Origin: Candidatus Brocadiaceae bacterium
GTDB lineage: Bacteria; Planctomycetota; Brocadiia; Brocadiales; Brocadiaceae
Assembly (NCBI GenBank): GCA_015661205.1
Contig: JACVXV010000012.1
Location: 1-29,404, forward strand
DNA: 29,404 bases
Direction: 5' to 3'
Shown here: one piece after another, positions 1 through 7,728 of the stretch
Position numbering within the stretch: the stretch's first letter is position 1
Layout: every line of letters starts with the position of its first letter
Notes under the pieces: generated by a model
The model's database searches: none
The model's input: only the letters and a program-made list of their open reading frames with translations
What the model was told of the DNA's origin: nothing
Translations under genes and position numbers: made by a program

Positions 1-248
1 CACTTTCGATACCATGCAAAATAATCCAGACTTGATTATCCCTTTAGTGGCGCAGTTTTGCCGACCATAATGTCTGTTTAATAATGCGCAGTTATATAGC
101 AGTTGCCCCTACAGGGTATATGCAGACTGGTGTATACACCCGATATAACGTCCATGTCCTTCGATCTTGCGAAAAGACGATGGCTGTGTTTGCAGGGAAT
201 ATCGTGTATTGTTGCTTCATTACACGGGAGGAGGAAAGGAACGGGGTC

Positions 249-551
249 TTACATCTGCATCCTCATAACTTCCTTGTAAGTCTCGATCAGTTTATTGCGG
301 GCTTCCATCATGAATTTAAAGCTGATTTCCGCCTTTGACATGGCGATCATGACTTCATGCACGTTTTCCACCTTGCCCGTAGCAAAGTTTTCTATGCTTT
401 CGTTGGCCTTGGATTGCAGGTCGTTGACTTCGCTGATGAAGCCGCCCAGGGTCTTTTTGAAAGAGTCTTTTCCTTCTCCATCGACGGACTTGGTAAGCTC
501 CGTGTTTGTTGGGAAAACCCCTTTATCATTATTAATTGACGTAATAGCCAT
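249..551 (-). CDS. fliE: Flagellar hook-basal body complex protein FliE
   Basis: 100-aa ORF with a C-terminus (HEVMIAMSKAEISFKFMMEARNKLIETYKEVMRMQM) typical of FliE. It lies immediately downstream of flgB-flgC in the canonical order. Confidence 0.85.
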   Translation of the reverse strand: MAITSINNDKGVFPTNTELTKSVDGEGKDSFKKTLGGFISEVNDLQSKANESIENFATGKVENVHEVMIAMSKAEISFKFMMEARNKLIETYKEVMRMQM

Positions 552-567
552 AGCCTAACCTCCTGTA

Positions 568-1017
568 CTACCTTCCTATAAGGGATAACGCCTTAGTGTT
601 CATGTCTTTTGTTGAATTTATTACCGCAAGGTTCGCCTCATACGATCTTGACGCCGTAATGAGATCGACCATTTCCGTTGCCACCTGTACGTTGGGCATA
701 TTCACAAAGCCCTTTGCATCCGCCTTCGGATGTCCCGGCATGTACTGAATGCTAAAGGGTTCCTGGCTTTTTACAATGCCCTTTACCTTAACGCCTCCCA
801 ACCGCTCTGATCCGCTGATACCTTTGGCGCCGCCGTTTTGCAATTCATTGAGTACTGCTGAAAATTCTACCTGCTCGCGCCGGTACGGGCCGCCTTCCGG
901 TGTGTCGGTGGCATTCGCGTTTGCGATATTGTTGGCAATTACATTCATGCGCATGCGCTCGGCGGAAAGACCGGAACAACTAATGTCAAATGCTGAAAGT
1001 ATTTTACCCATTCCCAT
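568..1017 (-). CDS. flgC: Flagellar basal-body rod protein FlgC
   Basis: Carries the rod-protein N-terminal motif SGLSAERMRMNVIANNIANANAT and the C-terminal motif VATEMVDLITASRSYEANLAVI. Size is 149 aa. The start could instead be the third codon (Met at 1011). Confidence 0.9.
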   Translation of the reverse strand: MGMGKILSAFDISCSGLSAERMRMNVIANNIANANATDTPEGGPYRREQVEFSAVLNELQNGGAKGISGSERLGGVKVKGIVKSQEPFSIQYMPGHPKADAKGFVNMPNVQVATEMVDLITASRSYEANLAVINSTKDMNTKALSLIGR

Positions 1018-1033
1018 AAGTCACCTCCTGGCT

Positions 1034-1414
1034 TTATGCCTTAGAATTGTCAATTGCAGATTTTACCATTTCCATTTTCTTGCCCAGTATCTGCGTGTAA
1101 ACGTTGTATTTTCCCGTGTTCTTGAGTAACGACGTTACTTCTGAGTCTATATTCACGTTATTGCCGTCGTTTCGTATGTTACCGCTGCCCTCTTTGTCCT
1201 TTGAAACCACGATCTTGGGCTGCAAGGTGGTTAGCTTGGCTACAGGCACGTCTTGAATTGCCCGTGAAAGCTGATCCTCAAAACTTACCTCCATCCTTTT
1301 GTATCCCGGCGTGTTGACGTTAGCAATGTTATTTGCAATAACCTTATGCTTCGTTGCGGATACGTTCATCATCTTTTCTAACAAGTTACTACTGGCGTCC
1401 ATTCCCGTAATCAT
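1034..1414 (-). CDS. flgB: Flagellar basal-body rod protein FlgB
   Basis: 126-aa ORF with the rod motif KHKVIANNIANVNTPGYKR. It is the first gene of the flgB-flgC-fliE series. Confidence 0.85.
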   Translation of the reverse strand: MITGMDASSNLLEKMMNVSATKHKVIANNIANVNTPGYKRMEVSFEDQLSRAIQDVPVAKLTTLQPKIVVSKDKEGSGNIRNDGNNVNIDSEVTSLLKNTGKYNVYTQILGKKMEMVKSAIDNSKA

Positions 1415-1556
1415 AGATCATTCTCCTTTAACGAGTGTTTTCGCGATTTTCCGGTTTCTGCGTCTATTAAGGAAGGGTGCTTGTCTGCCAATCCGTTCCA
1501 TTCCTTTGCAGCCACTACGTTCCGTATCAATGTTGAAACTTCTACGTTAAATTAAA

Positions 1557-1572
1557 AGCAAACTCAATGCCG
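1557..1572 (-). promoter_or_regulatory. Candidate sigma54 (-24/-12) promoter for flgB-flgC-fliE
   Basis: The minus strand reads CGGCAT-TGAGT-TTGCT. GG and GC have the canonical spacing of TGGCAC-N5-TTGCW. The site is about 145 nt upstream of the flgB start, and a sigma54 activator is encoded immediately upstream. Confidence 0.4.
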
Positions 1573-1659
1573 AACTCGCTCTTTTATCTATAATCGTCGA
1601 AAATGTGGGGTTCCGGTATGGTAAGCGGCCTGGGAACCATGACTTAGCGGGAAAAATAT

Positions 1660-3054
1660 TCAATCGGCACAGGAAATTGTTTCTCTTTCAAAGGATGAGC
1701 CACATGCTGCATCGTACTTGTTAAGCTTATTTCTCAACGTCCGTGTTGTAATTTTAAGCATTTCAGCGGCCTTGGTTTTATTTCCGCCGGTTTTTTCGAG
1801 TGTCGTGTAAATCAAATCCTTTTCAACATCCTCAATCGCATACCCGTGGGTGTGAGCGGTTTCGGATGAGGCTTCTTGTTTAGGGGAAACGAGGTGGCTA
1901 ACGTGTTTCAGCTCAAGCAGTTCTTCTGATCCCATAACCACGGCCCTATGGACGATATTCCGCAATTCCCTTACGTTTCCCGGCCAATCGTATTTACACA
2001 GATAGTCCATGGCCTCGTTGTTGATGGCCTTGACCGTTGCGTTGTTCTCAATGCTGTATTTTTTTAGGTAATAATCTACGAGGAGGGGGACGTCCTCAAT
2101 GCGCTCTTTTAAGGAGGGCAGATAAATAGGCACGACGTTGAGCCGGTAATACAGGTCTTCCCTGAACCGGCCTTCCTGAACCTCTTTCATCAGGTTTCTG
2201 TTTGTGGTGGCCACGATGCGCACGTCGATCTTTATCGTTTTCTCCCCGCCCACCCGCTCAAATTCTTCTTCTTCCAGCACCCTGAGCAGCTTGGCCTGTA
2301 TGTTGTGGGATATTTCGCTGATTTCGTCGAGGAGCAACGTGCCTTCGTTTGCCAGTTCGAAACGTCCTGCGTGCCGGGAAACGGCGCCGGTGTAAGCGCC
2401 CCGTTCGTGTCCGAACAGCTCGCTTTCCAGGAGCGATTCCGCCAGGGCGGCGCAATTAACGCGGATAAAAGGCTTTTCCGCGCGCGGGCTGTACAGGTGT
2501 ATGGCGTGCGCAATGAGTTCTTTGCCGGTGCCGCTTTTCCCCTGGATGAGCACGCTTGCCTTGCTTTGGGCTATTTTCTTTGCCTGCTCGTAAATCTGCG
2601 CCATCTTCGAGTTCTTACTAAACACGGGGTTACACTTTTCATCAATATTGGCGTTCGACCGCCAGAACCGGTTTTCAACGATCAACTTCTCCCGTTCGTT
2701 AACCCTTGAAATGAGTAGCTCTATCTGCTCAGGAGAAAACGGCTTTATAATGTAATCATAAGCACCCTTTTTCATGGCCTCCACGGCGGTTTCTATGGTG
2801 CCGTAAGCCGTCATGAGGATTACGGTGATCTCAGGATGCATGCTTTTTACCTTTTCAAGCACGTCCATACCACATAACCCGGGCATCTTCATGTCGAGAA
2901 AGATCACGTCGCATCGCTCTTTTGCCAGCTTTGCAATCGCCTGTTGCCCATCTCTTGCGTCCGTCACCGCGTACCCGTTCCTTCTCAGGGTTTCGCAGAG
3001 ATATTCACGCCCCAGCGCATCATCATCGACTACCATAATTTTTTCGACACTCAT
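1660..3054 (-). CDS. Sigma54-dependent two-component response regulator (NtrC family, FlrC/FleR-like)
   Basis: Has a receiver domain (DVIFLDMKMPG), an AAA+ Walker A (GKSGTGKE), the sigma54-contact loop GAYTGA (a GAFTGA variant), ESELFGHE, and a C-terminal Fis-type HTH (KTKAAEMLKITTRTLRNKL). Confidence 0.9.
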   Translation of the reverse strand: MSVEKIMVVDDDALGREYLCETLRRNGYAVTDARDGQQAIAKLAKERCDVIFLDMKMPGLCGMDVLEKVKSMHPEITVILMTAYGTIETAVEAMKKGAYDYIIKPFSPEQIELLISRVNEREKLIVENRFWRSNANIDEKCNPVFSKNSKMAQIYEQAKKIAQSKASVLIQGKSGTGKELIAHAIHLYSPRAEKPFIRVNCAALAESLLESELFGHERGAYTGAVSRHAGRFELANEGTLLLDEISEISHNIQAKLLRVLEEEEFERVGGEKTIKIDVRIVATTNRNLMKEVQEGRFREDLYYRLNVVPIYLPSLKERIEDVPLLVDYYLKKYSIENNATVKAINNEAMDYLCKYDWPGNVRELRNIVHRAVVMGSEELLELKHVSHLVSPKQEASSETAHTHGYAIEDVEKDLIYTTLEKTGGNKTKAAEMLKITTRTLRNKLNKYDAACGSSFERETISCAD

Positions 3055-3085
3055 TGTTGTTCCCCTGTAGAGTTAAACCCTTACC

Positions 3086-4423
3086 TTATGCAAACTGAGC
3101 GGACAATTCCCCTGTCTTTGAAAACATATCATCAAAGGTATAGAGATCGCACAGGGGATTTTTCAGTAAATGGGTGTAAAAGGTTGTTCCGCTACCTTCC
3201 AGGCTTTCAAAAAATATCTTCCCGTTGTGCGCCTCGACAATTTTGTTTACAATCGCCAGCCCCAAGCCGGTTCCTTCGTGTTTTGTCGTAAAAAAGGGGT
3301 CAAATATTTTACCCACCAGTTCTTTTTTTATCCCTGTCCCCGTATCTTTTATGCCGACCAGGACGTCCCCGTACGCGTGGTCTTCAGTCTTTGCCGTGAA
3401 TACCGTTAAAACGCCGCCCTGCGTCATGGATTGCACGGCATTCATGCACAAATTTAAAAATGCCTGCTGCAACTTCTCCGCGTCGCACCGTATCATGTCT
3501 GAGGCGGCGTCCAGGGTAAATTCCTTGATAATGTGAATGCCGGAGATGCCCTTTTGTTTCATGTCCTCGGCCACAAAAAAGAGTGTCTTATTCAGGATTT
3601 CCGAAATACGGCAATCCGAGATGCTTAATTTCAGGGGACGGGCAAATACCAGAAGTTCCGTAACGGTTTTGTTGAGGTTTTTCGTGCCCTGTATGATGTT
3701 TTTTACCAGCTTCTTTCGTGGGTCAGAATCGCTGAAGTCCCTGGCAAGCAGCGCAGAAAATCCTTCTATGCCGTTCAGGGGATTGCGTATCTCGTGTGCG
3801 ATGCACGCGGACATTGCGCCAATGGCCGCAAGCTTATCCGCCTTTCTCAAACGCGTCTCCAGTTCCCGGATTTCTGACAGGTCCCTGAATACTTCAACGG
3901 CGCCGATGGTGTTATCATGTGCGTCTTTAATGAGTGACACGCTGCTTTCAACCCACTTGCTCAACCCTTTGTCCGTTTCTATCTGGCGTTTCACGTCAAT
4001 GCAATTCCGCCCTCTTTTGAGCGTTAACAGCATAAGGGGGGCAGAGCCGTTACTGCTTTTAATAATAGCATCGACCCTTTTCCCTAACACGTCGGACGCA
4101 TTCAACCGCAAAATCTTTTCGGAAGCCCTGTTAAAGGTGGAAATTTCCCCCTTTAGATTAATGGCAATAACGCCGCTGTGGATGCTGCCTAAAAGGCTGT
4201 GCAGATATTTCGTGAGGCTGTCCAGTGCCTGTACCTTGTCACTCAGGCAGGCGTTTGCGTGAGCCATCTCCTCGTCAATCGCCTTTACCCTGTTCTGCAA
4301 CTGATTGTAGCTTTCTTCTAGCCGCAGGGTATACTGATTGAATTGGTTAAAGGCCGCCGTAAGGTCGGTTGTCTGGCATCGGGAAAATGTATTGAGTGGC
4401 GTGCTTTCCATGATCATACCCAT
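3086..4423 (-). CDS. Cytoplasmic sensor histidine kinase (coiled coil + PAS + HisKA + HATPase), FlrB/FleS-like
   Basis: H-box is HEIRNPLNGI. The N and G boxes are present (DTGTGI, GTGLGLAIV). A PAS-like segment reads GVIAINLKGEISTFNRASEKIL. No obvious transmembrane segment. It lies 31 nt upstream of the regulator gene. Confidence 0.85.
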   Translation of the reverse strand: MGMIMESTPLNTFSRCQTTDLTAAFNQFNQYTLRLEESYNQLQNRVKAIDEEMAHANACLSDKVQALDSLTKYLHSLLGSIHSGVIAINLKGEISTFNRASEKILRLNASDVLGKRVDAIIKSSNGSAPLMLLTLKRGRNCIDVKRQIETDKGLSKWVESSVSLIKDAHDNTIGAVEVFRDLSEIRELETRLRKADKLAAIGAMSACIAHEIRNPLNGIEGFSALLARDFSDSDPRKKLVKNIIQGTKNLNKTVTELLVFARPLKLSISDCRISEILNKTLFFVAEDMKQKGISGIHIIKEFTLDAASDMIRCDAEKLQQAFLNLCMNAVQSMTQGGVLTVFTAKTEDHAYGDVLVGIKDTGTGIKKELVGKIFDPFFTTKHEGTGLGLAIVNKIVEAHNGKIFFESLEGSGTTFYTHLLKNPLCDLYTFDDMFSKTGELSAQFA

Positions 4424-4429
4424 CCTTTT

Positions 4430-5557
4430 TTATTTCGATTCTTTGTTGCCGGACGCTGCAAGTAGTTGGTTATTTACCAGAGATTTCTTTTCATTCCAGG
4501 TCTTCCACCACTGAATGTCACTTATGTACCAATTGGCCTGGTCTATCAATTCGTTGTCGTGTGATAAACCGGTAAAACGTTTAAACTCACCAAGCGCGGC
4601 CTCAAAGTCCTTCAAATTCCGGTAACAATTCGCTATCTGGAATTGCGCCCATTGGTATTGTTCGGCGAGGCAGTTGTCGGGCGTGATCATCTTGTACGTC
4701 TTCAAAGCGTTCTCGTACTCACACAATTTGTAATAACACTCGGCAGCGTTAAAAGAGTTTACCGTTTTCATTTCCTTTTCCAACCGGGAATCCAGGGACT
4801 CTTCTGACGGCGCTTTTTGCTGTCCGACTGCCCGATTGCCGGCGTTTGTGCTTATGCCTTTTGCCGGTTTTCCTTCTGTCCTGGATAAGAGGGCATTTTT
4901 AGCGGACGACGTGTCATTTGCCGGGGTAGGCTTATTATTGAGAACCGTTGTCTGTGCGGATAAACCCTTCTCTTCGTAACCTTCTTCCAGTTTAAACTCA
5001 TCCGCTAATTGACCATATTTCTTTTCCAATGCTTGCAGTTTTTCTTTTTCTGCCTTGAGAATCGATAGTATCGCCTCTTCGCTAAGTTCGTCTTGTGTTT
5101 GTTTATCCGGCAATGCCGATGGTTGCGACAGTAACTGTGGTTGCGGTTGCAGCTTCGGCTCTAGCAGTGGCTGAGGTTGCGACCGTGGTTGTGGCTGTGG
5201 TTGCAGCTTCACCTGTGGCTTCGGCTGAGGTTGTGATAGCAACCGTGGCTGCTGCTGTATTTGCGGCTTTGGCTGCGGTTGCGATGGCGGAGCCGCAACA
5301 ACCTCCGGCTCCTGCACCTCCATCTCAAATAACTCCGGCGCTTGCTCCTTCGGCTCAGACGCCACCGGCTTTTCTTCTATTTTTACTTGTATGGGCCTGA
5401 GCAAAGGCCTTTCAATATCATTACTGAGATTTGTTTGCAGCTTGTCCGGCGCTGCGGATATCTTATTGTTAGAAATATTCTCGCCGCCTCCCAAAAGACA
5501 AGGTGTATACATTAATACGAAACCAAGGGCAATATAGGTAGTTTTTAGTTTTTTCAT
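4430..5557 (-). CDS. Secreted or lipoprotein-like PQ-repeat protein with C-terminal TPR-like repeats
   Basis: The N-terminus is hydrophobic and ends in a Cys (MKKLKTTYIALGFVLMYTPCLLGG). The central region is P/Q-rich and repetitive. The C-terminus has TPR-like helices (AECYYKLCEYENALKTYK, IANCYRNLKDFEAALGEF). Its stop is 6 nt from the kinase start, so it is probably the first gene of the operon. Confidence 0.6.
   Translation of the reverse strand: MKKLKTTYIALGFVLMYTPCLLGGGENISNNKISAAPDKLQTNLSNDIERPLLRPIQVKIEEKPVASEPKEQAPELFEMEVQEPEVVAAPPSQPQPKPQIQQQPRLLSQPQPKPQVKLQPQPQPRSQPQPLLEPKLQPQPQLLSQPSALPDKQTQDELSEEAILSILKAEKEKLQALEKKYGQLADEFKLEEGYEEKGLSAQTTVLNNKPTPANDTSSAKNALLSRTEGKPAKGISTNAGNRAVGQQKAPSEESLDSRLEKEMKTVNSFNAAECYYKLCEYENALKTYKMITPDNCLAEQYQWAQFQIANCYRNLKDFEAALGEFKRFTGLSHDNELIDQANWYISDIQWWKTWNEKKSLVNNQLLAASGNKESK
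5120..5284 (-). repeat. Imperfect tandem coding repeat (units beginning SQPQP, about 16-19 aa each, about 3 copies)
   Basis: The protein reads SQPQPKPQIQQQPRLL / SQPQPKPQVKLQPQPQPR / SQPQPLLEPKLQPQPQLL / SQP. The DNA shows recurring ggctgaggttgcgac...gtggttgcagcttc blocks. Confidence 0.6.
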
Positions 5558-5611
5558 AATTATCGTGACCTCTCTTTAAGTTTTAACCGGTTTGTTACTG
5601 CTTGATTTGTA

Positions 5612-5627
5612 AGCAAACGATATACCA
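5612..5627 (-). promoter_or_regulatory. Candidate sigma54 (-24/-12) promoter for the TPR-kinase-regulator operon
   Basis: The minus strand reads TGGTAT-ATCGT-TTGCT, an exact GG-N10-GC geometry with the TTGC -12 element. It lies about 55 nt upstream of the ATG at 5557 and closely resembles the flgB candidate. Confidence 0.45.
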
Positions 5628-5972
5628 CCGTATAGACAATAGTATCCACCAACAACCATTAACAGGCAATACACACTCTTAACAACTTAGAACACAAGAA
5701 GTTACAGGTGCTAAGCCGGCACAAAAACAACTTTCGTTCCCCTTCCTTCGGACACCTTCAGGTAAGTAATTCCATAAGTACACGGCTATCCCAGGAGAAA
5801 AATGTGAACACCGGGGAATACGGGAAGGTGAAAAATCAGACACGTGGTATTTGTGTTTTATTATCCACCGGTCTAAAGTTAATCCTTCGGCAGTCAATGT
5901 ACTTATTTTAATATATTTCTTTCCCTCTTTAAAGATTGATATGCGATAAATTCAGACAACGCATTTCTTTTG

Positions 5973-6214
5973 AAATTCTACAAAATCGATAAACCCTTGC
6001 TACTGCAACCGGGGGGGGCAAAAGGCTCAAGCGCTCTGCCTGCAACCCGAAACACCTCTTCCAACAGCCATTTTTTATTGCCAGCCCTGATGCGTAGCCG
6101 GTCAATCGCCCGTCCGCACCGATAACCCTGTGGCAAGGAATTATGGGAGGGGATTGTTGTGATTGGCGGAACCTACGGCCCTGGACGCCCTGGGACTCCC
6201 GATCCGATCTGCTT
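5973..6214 (-). pseudogene. Relic of the 3' end of an ogt/MGMT gene (frameshifted fragment)
   Basis: Roughly 80-90% identical by eye to 10069-10308. It still encodes [24 protein letters not shown] but has indels in the C-run and in the T-homopolymer (6 T versus 7 T) that break the frame. No N-terminal half is present. Confidence 0.7.
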
Positions 6215-6573
6215 ATTCATAGATTTACTAAAGAGCCGGGTTTCCTTGACAGGCAGGGGAAAGAACACTATAATAGCACCCGTCTTTTAGAGTTTGTGAA
6301 GTTTGAACAGTGGTGGTTCAGATATTGGGTTGAAATCTGAGCCTGGCTGATTGCATGAGGTGTTCGATCCTCTTGGATGATTTCGCAAGACAGCCAACAC
6401 CGTTATCTCATTCGAAAATATCGGGCTAAAGGAGATTCTTAAGTTGTATCAAGCTAAACAAAAAAAGGTCATCCATAATATTGGGGATCAACTGTAGTCC
6501 ACGCGCTGAGTTTCTTGGTTAAGGAGGACCACGACCGCATGAACTTTTCTTATTGTGAAGGGATGCGCCTACC

Positions 6574-7728
6574 GTGTTCATGGTAATGGACAGTTCTCTC
6601 TTTTCCTTCGCAATGGTTTGGTGCTACAGACTGTTTTTTGCGATCTTATACGGATTGTCTTTCAATATGCTCAGAATCAACCTCAATGCAAAAGCTTGGA
6701 GAAACCTTCGTAGGGTGTATGCCGATCAGCCTATTTCCCCAGTTTTAGCCATGCAAAACCGCTTTTCAAGTATGTGGCTCTCAATATTGGAGCGCATTGC
6801 TTGCACGCTGTCAAAAACTTCCTCCAAGCCACCGGAAGTTGTTTTTATCATCGGACATTGGCGTTCCGGCACGACTTTTGTTCACGAAATACTATGTCAA
6901 AACCAAAAGGTAAATTTTCCTACCACCTATGCCTGTATGAATCCACAGGTATTCCCGATAACCGAGGCAACCGTTTTAAATTATTCAGTTAAGTATTCTT
7001 CTTTGCGCCCAATGGATAATATGACCATAACTTCAGCGTCCCCACAGGAAGATGAATTCGCCCTTCTGGCTTTGGGTGCGCGATCTCCCTATGAGGGCTT
7101 GCTTTTTCCCAAAGCCATTGAGCGAGGGTTGGCAGCGGCAGATCCCAACGATCTCACTGAGATTGAAATGCAAGAGTGGGTTTGCATATTTACCCGTTTC
7201 ATTAATCAAGTATCAATCCGCAAGCCCGGATGTCCTGTCGTACTCAAATCGCCCACTCATAGTTACCGGGTAAAGTTACTCTCGCGGCTTTTTCCGGATG
7301 CTCGTTTTATACACATTGTTCGAAACCCTCTTGATGTCTATCGCTCTACTCTGAATATGTGGCAGAAGCTGTGCTCGCTTTATTCTCTGACCGACCTGCC
7401 CGACGAGAACGTGCTATCCAGAAACGTTATTGAAAATTGGGTACGCATGGAAGAAAAACTGGATGCTGCCATACCAGGCTTGCGTGAAGAAAACTATGTG
7501 CGGATACACTATGAAAGCCTTACCGCGAACCCTGCCGGGGAGATGGAGCGAATCTATGCCAAGCTTAGATTGGAGGGCTTTGCCACGGCCTTAGCATACA
7601 TCGAAAAGCTGCACCCATTTAAAAAAAATCGCTTCGAACTTGCCCCTAATAAGGCAAATGAAGTTTTCCTCGCATGGGAACACATCTTTGAAAAATACGG
7701 GTACCCTGCGCCTACTTGTTCAGTTTGA
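6574..7728 (+). CDS. PAPS-dependent sulfotransferase family protein
   Basis: Has a 5'-PSB loop GHWRSGTT and a 3'-PB-like motif RNPLDVYRS, both typical of Sulfotransfer_1/3 proteins. The start is uncertain (GTG 6574, ATG 6580 or 6586). Confidence 0.75.
   Translation: MFMVMDSSLFSFAMVWCYRLFFAILYGLSFNMLRINLNAKAWRNLRRVYADQPISPVLAMQNRFSSMWLSILERIACTLSKTSSKPPEVVFIIGHWRSGTTFVHEILCQNQKVNFPTTYACMNPQVFPITEATVLNYSVKYSSLRPMDNMTITSASPQEDEFALLALGARSPYEGLLFPKAIERGLAAADPNDLTEIEMQEWVCIFTRFINQVSIRKPGCPVVLKSPTHSYRVKLLSRLFPDARFIHIVRNPLDVYRSTLNMWQKLCSLYSLTDLPDENVLSRNVIENWVRMEEKLDAAIPGLREENYVRIHYESLTANPAGEMERIYAKLRLEGFATALAYIEKLHPFKKNRFELAPNKANEVFLAWEHIFEKYGYPAPTCSV

Noticed and set aside
84-558. Plus-strand ORFs 84-338, 295-558 and 357-539
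   Set aside because: They are antisense to, or overlap, the well-supported fliE gene. They have no recognisable motifs, and their composition is that of a shadow frame.
2204-2709. Several 60-134-aa ORFs in alternative frames inside the response-regulator gene (including Arg-rich ones)
   Set aside because: These are shadow ORFs of a confidently identified gene. Their Arg/Pro/Gly-rich composition is typical of off-frame translation of a GC-richer gene.
3170-4262. Plus-strand ORFs 3170-3409, 3225-3536 and 3537-4262 (up to 241 aa)
   Set aside because: They are antisense to the histidine kinase. They are Ser/Leu/Phe-rich with no motifs. The long open antisense frame is explained by the codon bias of the kinase gene.
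5679-5911. Small ORFs 5679-5897 (-) and 5708-5911 (+) in the ~1-kb non-coding stretch upstream of the TPR gene, and the possibility of an ncRNA or riboswitch there
   Set aside because: There is no RBS, motif or convincing conserved secondary structure that I can fold by eye. The region may hold enhancer sites for the sigma54 promoter, but I cannot support a specific call.
6143-6340. ORF 6143-6340 (+), 65 aa
   Set aside because: It is antisense to the ogt relic and therefore a by-product of the duplicated sequence.
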